A DNA stretch of 64,000 bases from an uncultured Alphaproteobacteria bacterium (GTDB lineage: Bacteria; Pseudomonadota; Alphaproteobacteria; Rs-D84), in the NCBI GenBank assembly GCA_944389555.1, contig CALXMU010000001.1:2406-66405 (forward strand), in the 5' to 3' direction. Each line of letters opens with the position of its first letter. Within the stretch, counting starts at the first letter, position 1. Positions 20,385-29,979 of the stretch are shown here, in pieces. The notes under the pieces are model-generated. The model saw only the letters and a program-made list of their open reading frames with translations. It did no database searches and was not told the DNA's origin. Both the position numbers and the translations under genes were made by a program.

Positions 20385-20420
20385 CAATAAAAAATCCCGC
20401 GGTCGCGGGATTTTTTATTG
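20385..20420. terminator. Bidirectional intrinsic terminator
   Basis: CAATAAAAAATCCCGCG / CGCGGGATTTTTTATTG inverted repeat. Confidence 0.9.
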
Positions 20421-20430
20421 TCTTTGTTTT

Positions 20431-21417
20431 TTATTGCAATTCTGCAATCAGATTTTGAATTCTTGTCATGCTGGCATCGTCAACTAAGGCCGTCGCAATT
20501 GTGTACGCAGACTCTAAATCGCTACGTGCCGCATCCGCGTTTCCAATTGCCAAATTCAAAGCCGCAGATTTTTCAAAGTAGGACATTGCATTGCTAGACA
20601 GACTTTCACGTTCTGCCGTGCTTGTGGCACCTTGTATCTGTTCGGATATGACCCTAATTGCAGATGCATAATCATTTATAGCATCGGCATAATTTCCTAA
20701 CTGAGTATACGCCTCTGCCCTTTCGGCATAAACAGCTGGACTTACCGAACCGTCTGGACGAGCCAACGAATTAGTATAGTCGGCAACCGCCCCTTCCCAA
20801 TTTTTTAACCATAAATTCAACTGACCACGTTTAGCATATAAATCACGAGTCTGTAAAATAGGCGTCGGATTCGCAGTTTGAGCCGCCAGCGCATTGTTTA
20901 TATCATTCAAAGCCGTTGAATAATCTTCTAAACGAATATTTAATAAAGCCCTATCATAATATGCAACCGCGTTTACTTGGTCAATTTCAATTGCGTTATT
21001 GAAATCCGTTAATGCGTTACGATAGTCTGCCGTTTGCATATATGCCTCACCACGCAAAATATACATATCCGCAGTAGCGTTACCTGCATCAATTGCCGTC
21101 GTTAAATCTGCAATCGCTTCTGCTATATTACCAGCAACTAATTTCGCTTTCGCGTTTTCGTAATAATCAGACGCTTGCAATAAAGCCTCTTCAGTAATTT
21201 CAACATTATTCACACCAGACATAGCGTTATCACACGTTCCCTGACTACGTCCCAGCGTATAAAAAGCCGCGGCAATAAAGAACAAAATTATGAACCAGTA
21301 AACATAAATTGATAAAGACCAAGGATGAAAGGCTTGCTTTGAATTTGCATTTTTTGAGGCAACGTTTATTGCACCTTTCTTTGAACTATTATTCTTGCTG
21401 GTAGTATTTTTTTTCAT
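20431..21417 (-). CDS. Membrane-anchored TPR protein
   Basis: N-terminal TM followed by repeated Y..RG.A......Y..A..D...AI TPR units. Confidence 0.85.
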   Translation of the reverse strand: MKKNTTSKNNSSKKGAINVASKNANSKQAFHPWSLSIYVYWFIILFFIAAAFYTLGRSQGTCDNAMSGVNNVEITEEALLQASDYYENAKAKLVAGNIAEAIADLTTAIDAGNATADMYILRGEAYMQTADYRNALTDFNNAIEIDQVNAVAYYDRALLNIRLEDYSTALNDINNALAAQTANPTPILQTRDLYAKRGQLNLWLKNWEGAVADYTNSLARPDGSVSPAVYAERAEAYTQLGNYADAINDYASAIRVISEQIQGATSTAERESLSSNAMSYFEKSAALNLAIGNADAARSDLESAYTIATALVDDASMTRIQNLIAELQ

Positions 21418-21447
21418 AATGAAACTCCCTCTTCCTTTTACTTGATT

Positions 21448-22146
21448 CTAGAGAGTTTTTAACAACGCGTCAACCGTTTTCTGTTCTATTTCACGTATTT
21501 CCCCAACAGATAGATTTCCCAATTTTATCGGACCGAAAGAAACGCGCTGCAACTTAATCACAGGGCAACCACACGAGCGTAAAACTATACGCACTTCGTT
21601 CTTTTTTCCTTCCGTTACACGAACGCGCAAAACATTATCTTTCATAACATCTATTACCATAGGTCTGTAAACTATACCATCAACAGTTACGCCGCTTCGT
21701 GCGCGATTTATACCTTGCTCATCTACCTTCAAAACTTTTGCCATATACTCCCGCGGTATGTGCGAAGAAGGCAACGTTAAACGACGCGCCAAATCACCGT
21801 CGTTTGTAAGTAATAGCAAACCAGTTGTTTTATAATCTAAACGACCGATGTACTTTAAGTTTTTATACTCATCGTCCAAACAATCATATATGGTACGTCT
21901 TCCTTCTGGATCGCGCCTTGTCGTCATAACGTTTATAGGTTTATGAAACGCATAAAGTTTCGTATTCTGCCGCACATTTATGTGTAGGCCGTCTACTGTA
22001 ACTTTGTCGTTGTCTTCAACGAAAAAGACGGGTGTATTTATAACATTGCCGTTTACTGCAACCCGCCCGTTTGCAATCATATCCTCTGCCGCACGGCGCG
22101 AAGCAATGCCACTATCTGCAATAAATTTTGCTATACGAACGCTCAT
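21448..22146 (-). CDS. rluB: RluB/RsuA-family pseudouridine synthase
   Basis: RIAKFIADSGIASRR S4 domain, IGRLDY.TTGLLLLTNDG, EGKKNEVR. Confidence 0.88.
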   Translation of the reverse strand: MSVRIAKFIADSGIASRRAAEDMIANGRVAVNGNVINTPVFFVEDNDKVTVDGLHINVRQNTKLYAFHKPINVMTTRRDPEGRRTIYDCLDDEYKNLKYIGRLDYKTTGLLLLTNDGDLARRLTLPSSHIPREYMAKVLKVDEQGINRARSGVTVDGIVYRPMVIDVMKDNVLRVRVTEGKKNEVRIVLRSCGCPVIKLQRVSFGPIKLGNLSVGEIREIEQKTVDALLKTL

Positions 22147-22799
22147 AACACAATCCAACTAATTGCAATTGCGGCTGCCAACTCTGCCCGCAATATAGTT
22201 TTACCTAAACTTATACCGATTGCTCCAGCCGCATCAAATGCCGCAAATTCTTTATCAGAAAAACCACCTTCTGGCCCGACAAAAATCGCTTTTACATCAT
22301 GTACAACCGTTGTCAAATCAGCACCATACGCAGCGCGTTCATCGGCAAAAGCAATATCCGATAAGTTAATATCAATAAATTTTTTTACCGGTAAAATTTG
22401 TGGAACACTGTTACGTCCAGATTGTTCAGACGCCTCAACAACTATTTTTTGCATACGTTCCCAATTGATGTGTTGGGTAACAGTATGTTCTGTAATAACA
22501 GGTTGGAAAGTTTTCACACCTAACTGAGTCGCCATATTTAATAAATCATCAGTTCTTTTTATCGGCGAGAACATCAAGGTTAAATCATTTGAAGGGTCGA
22601 CGTGTTTCGTCTGTTCACAGATAAAAATAAATTTTCCGTCATCAGTCAATTTAGCGTTGAATTCACGGCCGCCACCAAAACCAAGAAATTCACTCTGACG
22701 CATAACGTGACTTAAATAATGAGCAATATCTTTAACCGCCGGAATTTTTAATCCGGTTTCTATTTTTTCGCCAAGATATATACGCGGGATATTTTTCAT
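22143..22799 (-). CDS. rsmE: 16S rRNA m3U1498 methyltransferase
   Basis: HYLSHVMR, EASEQSGR, VGPEGGFS, LGKTILRAE. Confidence 0.93.
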   Translation of the reverse strand: MKNIPRIYLGEKIETGLKIPAVKDIAHYLSHVMRQSEFLGFGGGREFNAKLTDDGKFIFICEQTKHVDPSNDLTLMFSPIKRTDDLLNMATQLGVKTFQPVITEHTVTQHINWERMQKIVVEASEQSGRNSVPQILPVKKFIDINLSDIAFADERAAYGADLTTVVHDVKAIFVGPEGGFSDKEFAAFDAAGAIGISLGKTILRAELAAAIAISWIVL

Positions 22800-22855
22800 A
22801 AACTTTTTTAATTCTGATTTATAATCTTGTAAAATTCTGATATAATCATAACACA

Positions 22856-25078
22856 ATGGTCGAAAAGTTCAAGATTTTATCAGCCGGTGGCAAGTCAAAG
22901 GGCTTGAATATATTCAAGTCTAGCGCATACAAAGAACACCAACGAAAACCAATGGCTTCTTTATTTTGGTCTTTGCGTTGGGCAATTGGTATTTGGTTGG
23001 TATGCGCGCTTGCGTTCGCTTTATCTTTCTGGATAGAACATATCTGGCGTTATGGTTGGTCACCGGCAACTGCAAAATGGACCAGTCTATATTTCCACAA
23101 CATGATATCAAGTGGTGGAATGTCTGTTATTGCGGAAATTCCGGCTTGGTTCGTACGTACTTTATTACGCACAGATATAGCCTGTCTGACACCTTTATTG
23201 CCTATAATCGCGTACTTTTTTATGGCCGACAGCACTTTGGTAAAAGAATTTAACCCATATGGAAACGATAAATTTGACGAAAAGTCATCCAATAAAGCAA
23301 CCAAAGAAGACATTGAAAAAATGGGGCTGTTAAAAGGTTTTATGATGGTTTTGGGCTACTTTAAGAAAAAACCGTTGATGATGAATGAATGCTTGTCTGC
23401 CCTATGCGTTGCTCCTCCGGGGACCGGTAAAACGCAAGGTGTCGTTATACCAAGTATTCTTGAATGTAATGACGTTTCAATGATTATAAATGACCCTAAA
23501 CCAGAATTGTATCAATGTACATCTGCATATCGGTCAACGGTTGGCCCTGTGTTTATTATGAACTGGGCTGGGCAAGATGATCCTGAACGCGGTATTTATT
23601 ACCCTTCGTGGAATCCGCTGTCACCAGAACATGTGCCTTTTAACCAAGAACAGCGCGATTTGTATGTTGACTCTATTTGTAACGTTTTAGTTGCAGATAA
23701 AACTTCTTCATCTGCTGACCCACACTGGACTATATCTGGACGCGCCGGTTTGTCTGGTTTAATTCAGTTTATGATTTCAAAAGTTGAGCGCGCCAAAGCA
23801 GATGATTATTTTTATGCCCGCATAACATCAGGCACTTTTGACCAAGAAGATGCGGCTGTCTTGGGGGACTATTACTTGTCAATGATGAGTGACCCTAATG
23901 CCTATGCTGCATATGCATTATTGCAAAAAGGCGAATTAAATGCGATGAACTATGTTCATATCGGAACATGGGAACACATACCAGATGCATGGCGCGGACA
24001 CGAAGCATCTTTGTCCATGATTTTAGACTGGATAAACGCCAGTCAAATAAACTTGGCTCAACAACAAGAAGAACGCCGTCGTCAGGGCGATCAAATGGTT
24101 ATGATGGAAGATCCTATGCACGATTTGTTTATGAATGCTGTAGAAGAAGCACGTAGATACGCATACGCACATCGTGCTGTATTAGAATTGACCCAACTTG
24201 CAAACACACCAGATAAAGAACGTGGATCTATCATATCTACTATTATGGCGGGTTTGTCCATATTCCGTAACGCGGCTGTTCGCAATCGCACAAGTCATTC
24301 TGATTTCCACTTTGCAGATTTACGCGGATTACGCGACCCAAGAGACGGTAAGATAAAACCTGTTACTGTCTACTTATCTATTAACATGGTGGATGCAGAG
24401 GCATTAAACCCAATTACCGGTATATTTATTGAATTGATGACAAACTTTTTATTGGCAAACAAACCAGAACAAGATCATAACGGTGAAAAATTAGGACCTT
24501 ATCCTGTATTATTCATATTGGACGAAATGCCGAAAATGCAAAAATTGCAAGCGGTTATTCAAGGCCCAGACCTTGGTCGCGGTCAGAAAGTATCATACTT
24601 AATAATCGGTCAGGACTTACACCAGATTCAAGAAAAGTACGGTGCCGACGCAGCGGCAACCATTATATCAACGACCGCGGCGAAAATCGTATTACGTCAA
24701 AACGACCCAGACACAGCAAGTAAATTCTCAGGAATGATGGGTTATAAAATGAAACTAAAAACTGTAAAGGGGGCAGACGGTAAAGACAAAGAGGAAAAAA
24801 GCGAAGAACTGTTGTATTCACCTATGGACATTATGAAATTAGACGACAAAAAACAGTTAGTTATATTCCAAGGTTGGTATCATAGACCAATTGAAGCAGA
24901 TAAACAAATGGCTTTTGCTGATTCTCGTTTAGCGGGCTATATGGCTATGGGAGAATGCACGCCATTACCTGAATTCTTGATACCAGCGCATCATGAAGCG
25001 CTTGGTTATTCTGGCAATCCACGAATATACATTCCGCAAACAAAAGAAACGAAAGAATTAGAGCCCATAAAAAAATAA
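22856..25078 (+). CDS. virD4: VirD4/TraG-family type IV secretion coupling protein
   Basis: Two N-terminal TMs, Walker A APPGTGKT-GVVIP, INDPKPEL, SWNPL, Walker B LFILDE, QDLHQI..KYG, LDDKKQLV. Confidence 0.9.
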   Translation: MVEKFKILSAGGKSKGLNIFKSSAYKEHQRKPMASLFWSLRWAIGIWLVCALAFALSFWIEHIWRYGWSPATAKWTSLYFHNMISSGGMSVIAEIPAWFVRTLLRTDIACLTPLLPIIAYFFMADSTLVKEFNPYGNDKFDEKSSNKATKEDIEKMGLLKGFMMVLGYFKKKPLMMNECLSALCVAPPGTGKTQGVVIPSILECNDVSMIINDPKPELYQCTSAYRSTVGPVFIMNWAGQDDPERGIYYPSWNPLSPEHVPFNQEQRDLYVDSICNVLVADKTSSSADPHWTISGRAGLSGLIQFMISKVERAKADDYFYARITSGTFDQEDAAVLGDYYLSMMSDPNAYAAYALLQKGELNAMNYVHIGTWEHIPDAWRGHEASLSMILDWINASQINLAQQQEERRRQGDQMVMMEDPMHDLFMNAVEEARRYAYAHRAVLELTQLANTPDKERGSIISTIMAGLSIFRNAAVRNRTSHSDFHFADLRGLRDPRDGKIKPVTVYLSINMVDAEALNPITGIFIELMTNFLLANKPEQDHNGEKLGPYPVLFILDEMPKMQKLQAVIQGPDLGRGQKVSYLIIGQDLHQIQEKYGADAAATIISTTAAKIVLRQNDPDTASKFSGMMGYKMKLKTVKGADGKDKEEKSEELLYSPMDIMKLDDKKQLVIFQGWYHRPIEADKQMAFADSRLAGYMAMGECTPLPEFLIPAHHEALGYSGNPRIYIPQTKETKELEPIKK

Positions 25079-25103
25079 CACCAGACAATCTGGTGTTATT
25101 TTT
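25071..25103. terminator. Bidirectional intrinsic terminator
   Basis: AAAATAACACCAGA-CAA-TCTGGTGTTATTTT. Confidence 0.85.
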
Positions 25104-26125
25104 TAGAAGGTTAAACGCAACCCGACGGCCACAAACGGCGTTTCCGTCGTCATACCAAGCGACATCCAACCATCAACGTTTTCACTATACTTATACCTAA
25201 ATGAAGCGATTACTGTATGGTCTAGATAATCATCAACATCTCGGTTCCAAACCCCTGTATCAGAGAATATATAAGTCAATGATACACTATAATTTAAGAT
25301 ATCATAACTAATACCGCTGCCAACCGCTAAACCATCTGATATAGGCCCTAGCGGATTTTCATCATAAATCAATCGTGCTGTCAGACCCCACATCCAACTA
25401 TTATATTGCAGGTTGATTCCGCCAGACACTTGCGCACGCCAATCTGCATATACCCGTGGCGTATACGCGTCCGTACGATATCCGTCTGGATGAGACATAA
25501 AAGATGCACCAAACGCATATGCGGTTTTTACTTTTCCTGATGGCTGCCGAATTTTTAAGGCAGCGTCAACCGCGTAATCATAATCATCTGTTATACCAGA
25601 AATAGACAAACCGTACTGCGCTGTCCCGATGGGCATCGTAGCTAAATTTAATCGCAAAGCGCTGCGACCAGTTGTAATCGTCGTATCAGAAATTACTGGA
25701 CCTGTCGGATGTATTTTCTTATAAAACAGCGGTTTATCGTTTACACGTAACCCGCCAACATCTGGCAAACCAACACCTAACTTACGCGCAATGGAATCTG
25801 TAAACCCAATCTCTGCGCGCCCATAGGTACTATTTTGCCAATAAGAAAAAGCCTCTCGCATAAATTTATCTTCATCAACGGCGGCCGCATCAATAGCATA
25901 AACCAAGCCTAACTTATTACCATCTGTAACCAAGTAATCCATTTCACCGCGAATCCGCCAATCGCCTATGAAATCCGGCGTTTCAAAATCGAGTTCTAAA
26001 ACACCACCAGTAGCATAGCCATTAAGCTTTAAACCAAACCTACCGTTATCATATTCTAATGCGTTCGCAGAACCAGAAACTAATGCAACTGAAAAAAATA
26101 AAAATGCAGGAACTGAAATTCTCAT
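25103..26125 (-). CDS. Outer-membrane porin
   Basis: Signal peptide MRISVP..ANA, amphipathic beta-strands, YGRAEIG, C-terminal GLRLTF. Confidence 0.8.
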   Translation of the reverse strand: MRISVPAFLFFSVALVSGSANALEYDNGRFGLKLNGYATGGVLELDFETPDFIGDWRIRGEMDYLVTDGNKLGLVYAIDAAAVDEDKFMREAFSYWQNSTYGRAEIGFTDSIARKLGVGLPDVGGLRVNDKPLFYKKIHPTGPVISDTTITTGRSALRLNLATMPIGTAQYGLSISGITDDYDYAVDAALKIRQPSGKVKTAYAFGASFMSHPDGYRTDAYTPRVYADWRAQVSGGINLQYNSWMWGLTARLIYDENPLGPISDGLAVGSGISYDILNYSVSLTYIFSDTGVWNRDVDDYLDHTVIASFRYKYSENVDGWMSLGMTTETPFVAVGLRLTF

Positions 26126-26129
26126 ATTC

Positions 26130-27041
26130 TTACGCTTCCTCGGCTTCTTTAAGTATTGCTTCACGTAATTTATTATACGCACGTTCTTCTATTTGGCGCA
26201 CCCGCTCACGCGATATACCGTATTTCTGCGACAAAGATTCCAACGTTGCAACAGGGTCAGATAAACGGCGCGCCCGAAGTATTTCCCTATCGCGTTCGGG
26301 TAATTTTTCTAAATTCTTACGCAAAAGATCATACCCACGGCGTCTAAACTCTAATTGTTCCATATCATCTTCAACGCTGCTGCGTTCGTCCGGCATATTA
26401 GACAAAACATCTCTGGCATCATCATCGGAATGGGCCGGCGCATTCAAAGACACATCTCTTGCGGACAAACGCGTTGACATACGACGAACATCGTTTTCAG
26501 GTACTTTCAAATAATCTGCAATTTGCTTCGTCTGGTCGTCAGATAAATTACCGTCCATTATACCCAAAGCGCGTTTAGCCCTATTCAGATTAAAAAACAC
26601 TCTTTTTTGATTTGCGGAAGTCCCTATTTTTACGATGGACCAATTATTCAAAATCGTCTCGTATATTTCCGCCTTTATCCAGAACATGGCATACGTAGAA
26701 AATCTAAAACCTTTTTCTGGGTCAAACTTCTGTAAAGCCTGCATCAACCCCATATTACCGCTGGCGATAAGTTCTGCAAAAGGGACGCCATAATTACGAA
26801 AATCATAAGCAACAGATACAACCATACGCAAATGGCTGGCCACAAGTTTTTCAGCAGCCTCTTTATCCTGGTCTTTTACCCACTTTTTTGCATATTCGTA
26901 TTCTTCTTCGGCCGACAGAATCGGAAATTTTTGTATATTCTGAATATATTGAGCCAGGCTGGTTTCGTCGTTTACACCACGAGCCACAACCAAGCTTTGA
27001 TTTTGTACTGCCGGTAAAGCGTTCTTGATTTGCTTTTTCAT
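26130..27041 (-). CDS. rpoH: RNA polymerase sigma-32 factor
   Basis: SHLRMVV, GNMGLMQA, FDPEKGFRFSTYAMFWI, RpoH box QKRVFFNL, ISRERVRQIE. Confidence 0.93.
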   Translation of the reverse strand: MKKQIKNALPAVQNQSLVVARGVNDETSLAQYIQNIQKFPILSAEEEYEYAKKWVKDQDKEAAEKLVASHLRMVVSVAYDFRNYGVPFAELIASGNMGLMQALQKFDPEKGFRFSTYAMFWIKAEIYETILNNWSIVKIGTSANQKRVFFNLNRAKRALGIMDGNLSDDQTKQIADYLKVPENDVRRMSTRLSARDVSLNAPAHSDDDARDVLSNMPDERSSVEDDMEQLEFRRRGYDLLRKNLEKLPERDREILRARRLSDPVATLESLSQKYGISRERVRQIEERAYNKLREAILKEAEEA

Positions 27042-27105
27042 AACTTTTATAGTATAGCAATAAAATAAGATTTATCAAGCCACCATAATAGAGGAGATTT
27101 TTCAA

Positions 27106-27756
27106 ATGGCATCCATCTTGGAAAGAAATAAAAAGTTAAAACCGACCAAAAAAACGCGCGAAGAATATGCCGAAGACGCCCTATATCGCGAAGTCTGGGA
27201 AGAAGTTAATAATGAAAAGACACAGGCATTCATTAAGAAATATTCCCGCTATATAATTGCTGGGGCTTTACTTATAATGATTATCGCAACTGCAGTTGTA
27301 ATTGGTGTACGTACACATCGCGCACATAAAATTGCCATTGCTGAAAACTATGAATTAGCCGTACAAAAATTGGACGCAAATATGTTGGCTTCCGTTGCAG
27401 AGAATTCAAGCGGTGCAACATCTGATTTGGCTTTGTTTCAGGCATACCTATTAGATAACGATATAGAAAAACTGGAACAGTTGGCAAATGACGGGTATTC
27501 ACGTGACTTCCGTGATTTAGCACGTCTGCACATAGTCGGTTTACGTGGCGATGAAATGACGGCCCAAGAAATAGAAAACTATTTGGCGCCATTAAACACG
27601 AAAAAATCGCCTTACTACTATACCGGTCGGTTAAAAGTAGCACAGAAATACTTATCCGAAGGCGACCGCAAAAATGCCAACAAGTGGTTGGACGTAATAA
27701 TATCAGATAAAGATGCGCCGGCATCAATATCTGCCAGTGCCCAAGCGTTGAGATAA
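27106..27756 (+). CDS. YfgM-like membrane TPR protein
   Basis: LYREVWEEV...TM...helical repeats; located upstream of a bamB-like gene. Confidence 0.7.
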   Translation: MASILERNKKLKPTKKTREEYAEDALYREVWEEVNNEKTQAFIKKYSRYIIAGALLIMIIATAVVIGVRTHRAHKIAIAENYELAVQKLDANMLASVAENSSGATSDLALFQAYLLDNDIEKLEQLANDGYSRDFRDLARLHIVGLRGDEMTAQEIENYLAPLNTKKSPYYYTGRLKVAQKYLSEGDRKNANKWLDVIISDKDAPASISASAQALR

Positions 27757-27775
27757 AAAATAGAAAGATACTAAT

Positions 27776-28507
27776 ATGCGTAAACTCATTGGAATGCTTT
27801 GTTGTCTTATGTTTATGTGCGGCTGCGCAGAACATGACCCCATATTACCCGGTGAGCGAACGCCTATTTTTAATTCTTCTAACATAAAAATATTAAACAC
27901 AAGCGTTAAAAATCTTCCCGAAACCGCGACAGAATTATCTATAGAAAATTGTCCGTATACTCAAGACTCTTCTAATGTAATTCGTAATGGAGATAGAAAA
28001 ATTTTTAGCGGTTTTCCGACAAATAATGCAGTTGCAAGCAAACAAACACCGGTTTGCAAAGACGGTTATGTTTATGCTGGGCTGACAACGGGAGAAGTTG
28101 TAAAAATAGCTCCTAAAAGCCGTAAAATAATGTGGATTGTAGACGTATTTCGCGCCAGCAATATGACAGGTGGCGCATCAATAGTAGATATAGTTGCCCC
28201 ACTTATAATAAAAGACGGCGCCGTATTCGCTGGCGGATTAGGCGACGCGTTTTGTCGCATAAACTCAACATCAGGTGAAAAGAAATGGTGCATAGAAATA
28301 GGAACCGCCGTTCCATTCATAATAATTGACCAAACTGCGTTCGTTGTCGGTACCGATAATTACTTATACGCTGTACGTACCTCAGACGGTGCCGTTTATT
28401 GGCGCACAGAAATAAATACCCAGAAAGCACCAGAATATGAAAATAAAATAATAAAAATAGGAAAAGAAAAAATAAACGCAGAAACTGGTGAAATTATTTC
28501 TAAATAA
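27776..28507 (+). CDS. bamB: PQQ-repeat beta-propeller lipoprotein (short BamB-like)
   Basis: Lipobox CGC, ILPGER.PI, repeated G...W propeller blades. Confidence 0.65.
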   Translation: MRKLIGMLCCLMFMCGCAEHDPILPGERTPIFNSSNIKILNTSVKNLPETATELSIENCPYTQDSSNVIRNGDRKIFSGFPTNNAVASKQTPVCKDGYVYAGLTTGEVVKIAPKSRKIMWIVDVFRASNMTGGASIVDIVAPLIIKDGAVFAGGLGDAFCRINSTSGEKKWCIEIGTAVPFIIIDQTAFVVGTDNYLYAVRTSDGAVYWRTEINTQKAPEYENKIIKIGKEKINAETGEIISK

Positions 28508-28536
28508 AAAGCCCACAATTACGTGGGCTTTTTATT
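28503..28536. terminator. Bidirectional intrinsic terminator
   Basis: AATAAAAAGCCCAC-AATTAC-GTGGGCTTTTTATT. Confidence 0.85.
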
Positions 28537-28540
28537 AAAC

Positions 28541-28879
28541 TTACTGATTGTATTCTTCAAACGTCTTTATTTCCATATTCGGAAAATTTTGTTGTTCTGG
28601 TATATCACGTAAATATTGTCGATATGCTTTGTATCTTTCTTTTTCTTCTTCTGTAATTGGAAAGTCTGATATCATATATTTATCAGTCTGACGCAACAAA
28701 TAATTTCTTTCATTACGTTTTACTTGCTTTAATTCGTCCTCCGTTGGCGTTTTCAAGGCTTCTAAACGGTACATCCCATTTCCCAGAGAAACGCTATACA
28801 TTTTACCACCGTTTACATTATTCCATGACGCGAATTTAATGTGTTCTTCTTTGTTTATTATTTGACCAGATGTATACAT
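28541..28879 (-). CDS. Phage tail fibre assembly chaperone
   Basis: RNERNYLLRQTDKYMISDFP...YRQYLRDIP motif; GGAGG RBS before ATG 28879. Confidence 0.85.
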   Translation of the reverse strand: MYTSGQIINKEEHIKFASWNNVNGGKMYSVSLGNGMYRLEALKTPTEDELKQVKRNERNYLLRQTDKYMISDFPITEEEKERYKAYRQYLRDIPEQQNFPNMEIKTFEEYNQ

Positions 28880-28890
28880 TTTAAACCTCC

Positions 28891-29835
28891 TTATTGCGCA
28901 GCCATACCACAAACACGCCATGTCATACGCCTAAAATTCCTTGTTGCTTCATATGCTCCTAAATGTATTTGAAAACTTGTAGTGGTTAAAGCCTCAGCCA
29001 TTATCATAAACCATACAATACCGGTAGAAAAACCTGTATTATTCATCCAGTTTACGCAATAATTAGAATCTGCCATTTCAATTGGTATACTTATAATTAC
29101 TGTCGCATTACTATCACCAACAACAGATAAAGAACCAGACCAGACGCCGCCCTGCTCTACCCAACCAGACTTATATAATCTATACCAAGAATAATTATTC
29201 TCCGCACTTGGCAGCTGCATTTTTACTATCGCATCGGTTGTATCTTCTGGTCCAAACTTTATTGGAAAAGCATTTTCTTCTATTTCTTTGCTTAAATCAA
29301 ACTCTACGCCCTCTAGCGCCATTTTTGTTGCATACGCAGACATGTTATGAGTATGATTTATTGGTGCAAAACCGCTTGTATCTGGTATCTCATCCTTTCG
29401 GGCTAATTCTCCGAAATCCCCAAGTTTTTCAATCTGTTCTTGTATGCTATCCAAAAATTGCAATCCATTTTGAATATTAGCGACATCACCATCTAATTCA
29501 TATAAGTCTTTCAAATATTCTAATACGAAATTAAAATCCGCGTTAAGATTTTCTGGCTGTATCGGTAATGTCGGTTGATAGTCTATCACACGACTTAACG
29601 AAATCTTCCTCCATATACAAATCTCGGCACCAGATGCCGGAGCCTCGGAAAAAATCACGTTTCCGCCAGAATACATTCCATCGTGTTGCACATCTTCAGT
29701 TATATTTACATTAAATGAACCTGACGGTAATATTTCAGAGTTTACGGATACTATGACATCGGCAGACTTAAAAAAAGGGAAGACAAAATTAAACTCGGTC
29801 GTTTGTCCGTCCCCAGTATATTTAATTAAATACAT
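28891..29835 (-). CDS. Phage tail fibre protein (T7 gp17-like N-terminus, gp53-like C-terminal domain)
   Basis: YTGDGQTTEFNFVFPF..GGNVIFSEAPASG..I.R..LNADF head-attachment motif; WYRLYKSGWVEQGG and W.V.G C-terminal domain. Confidence 0.8.
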   Translation of the reverse strand: MYLIKYTGDGQTTEFNFVFPFFKSADVIVSVNSEILPSGSFNVNITEDVQHDGMYSGGNVIFSEAPASGAEICIWRKISLSRVIDYQPTLPIQPENLNADFNFVLEYLKDLYELDGDVANIQNGLQFLDSIQEQIEKLGDFGELARKDEIPDTSGFAPINHTHNMSAYATKMALEGVEFDLSKEIEENAFPIKFGPEDTTDAIVKMQLPSAENNYSWYRLYKSGWVEQGGVWSGSLSVVGDSNATVIISIPIEMADSNYCVNWMNNTGFSTGIVWFMIMAEALTTTSFQIHLGAYEATRNFRRMTWRVCGMAAQ

Positions 29836-29862
29836 CTATAATCCTTTTATTTTGAAATAAAA

Positions 29863-29917
29863 ACCCATGCGTTAAAACGCATGGGTGATTAAAAAAAGAG
29901 TCCGCCGACGGCGGACT
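29863..29917 (-). terminator. Two tandem terminator-like hairpins upstream of the tail fibre gene
   Basis: Minus strand AGTCCGCC-GTC-GGCGGACT-CTTTTTTT, then ACCCATGCGTT-TT-AACGCATGGGT-TTTT. Confidence 0.75.
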
Positions 29918-29942
29918 GAAACTTTTCTTTTATGTGATTTTA

Positions 29943-29971
29943 ATTATATCACAAAATGTGATAAAAATCAA
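29943..29971 (-). promoter_or_regulatory. Sigma70-type promoter with palindromic operator
   Basis: TTGATT-17-TATAAT on the minus strand; TATCACA-N3-TGTGATA at 29947-29963. Confidence 0.6.
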
Positions 29972-29979
29972 GTATACAA

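Noticed and set aside
22856-25078. ICE or conjugative element around virD4
   Set aside because: No relaxase, integrase, att repeats or VirB genes; the flanks are rsmE and porin/rpoH.
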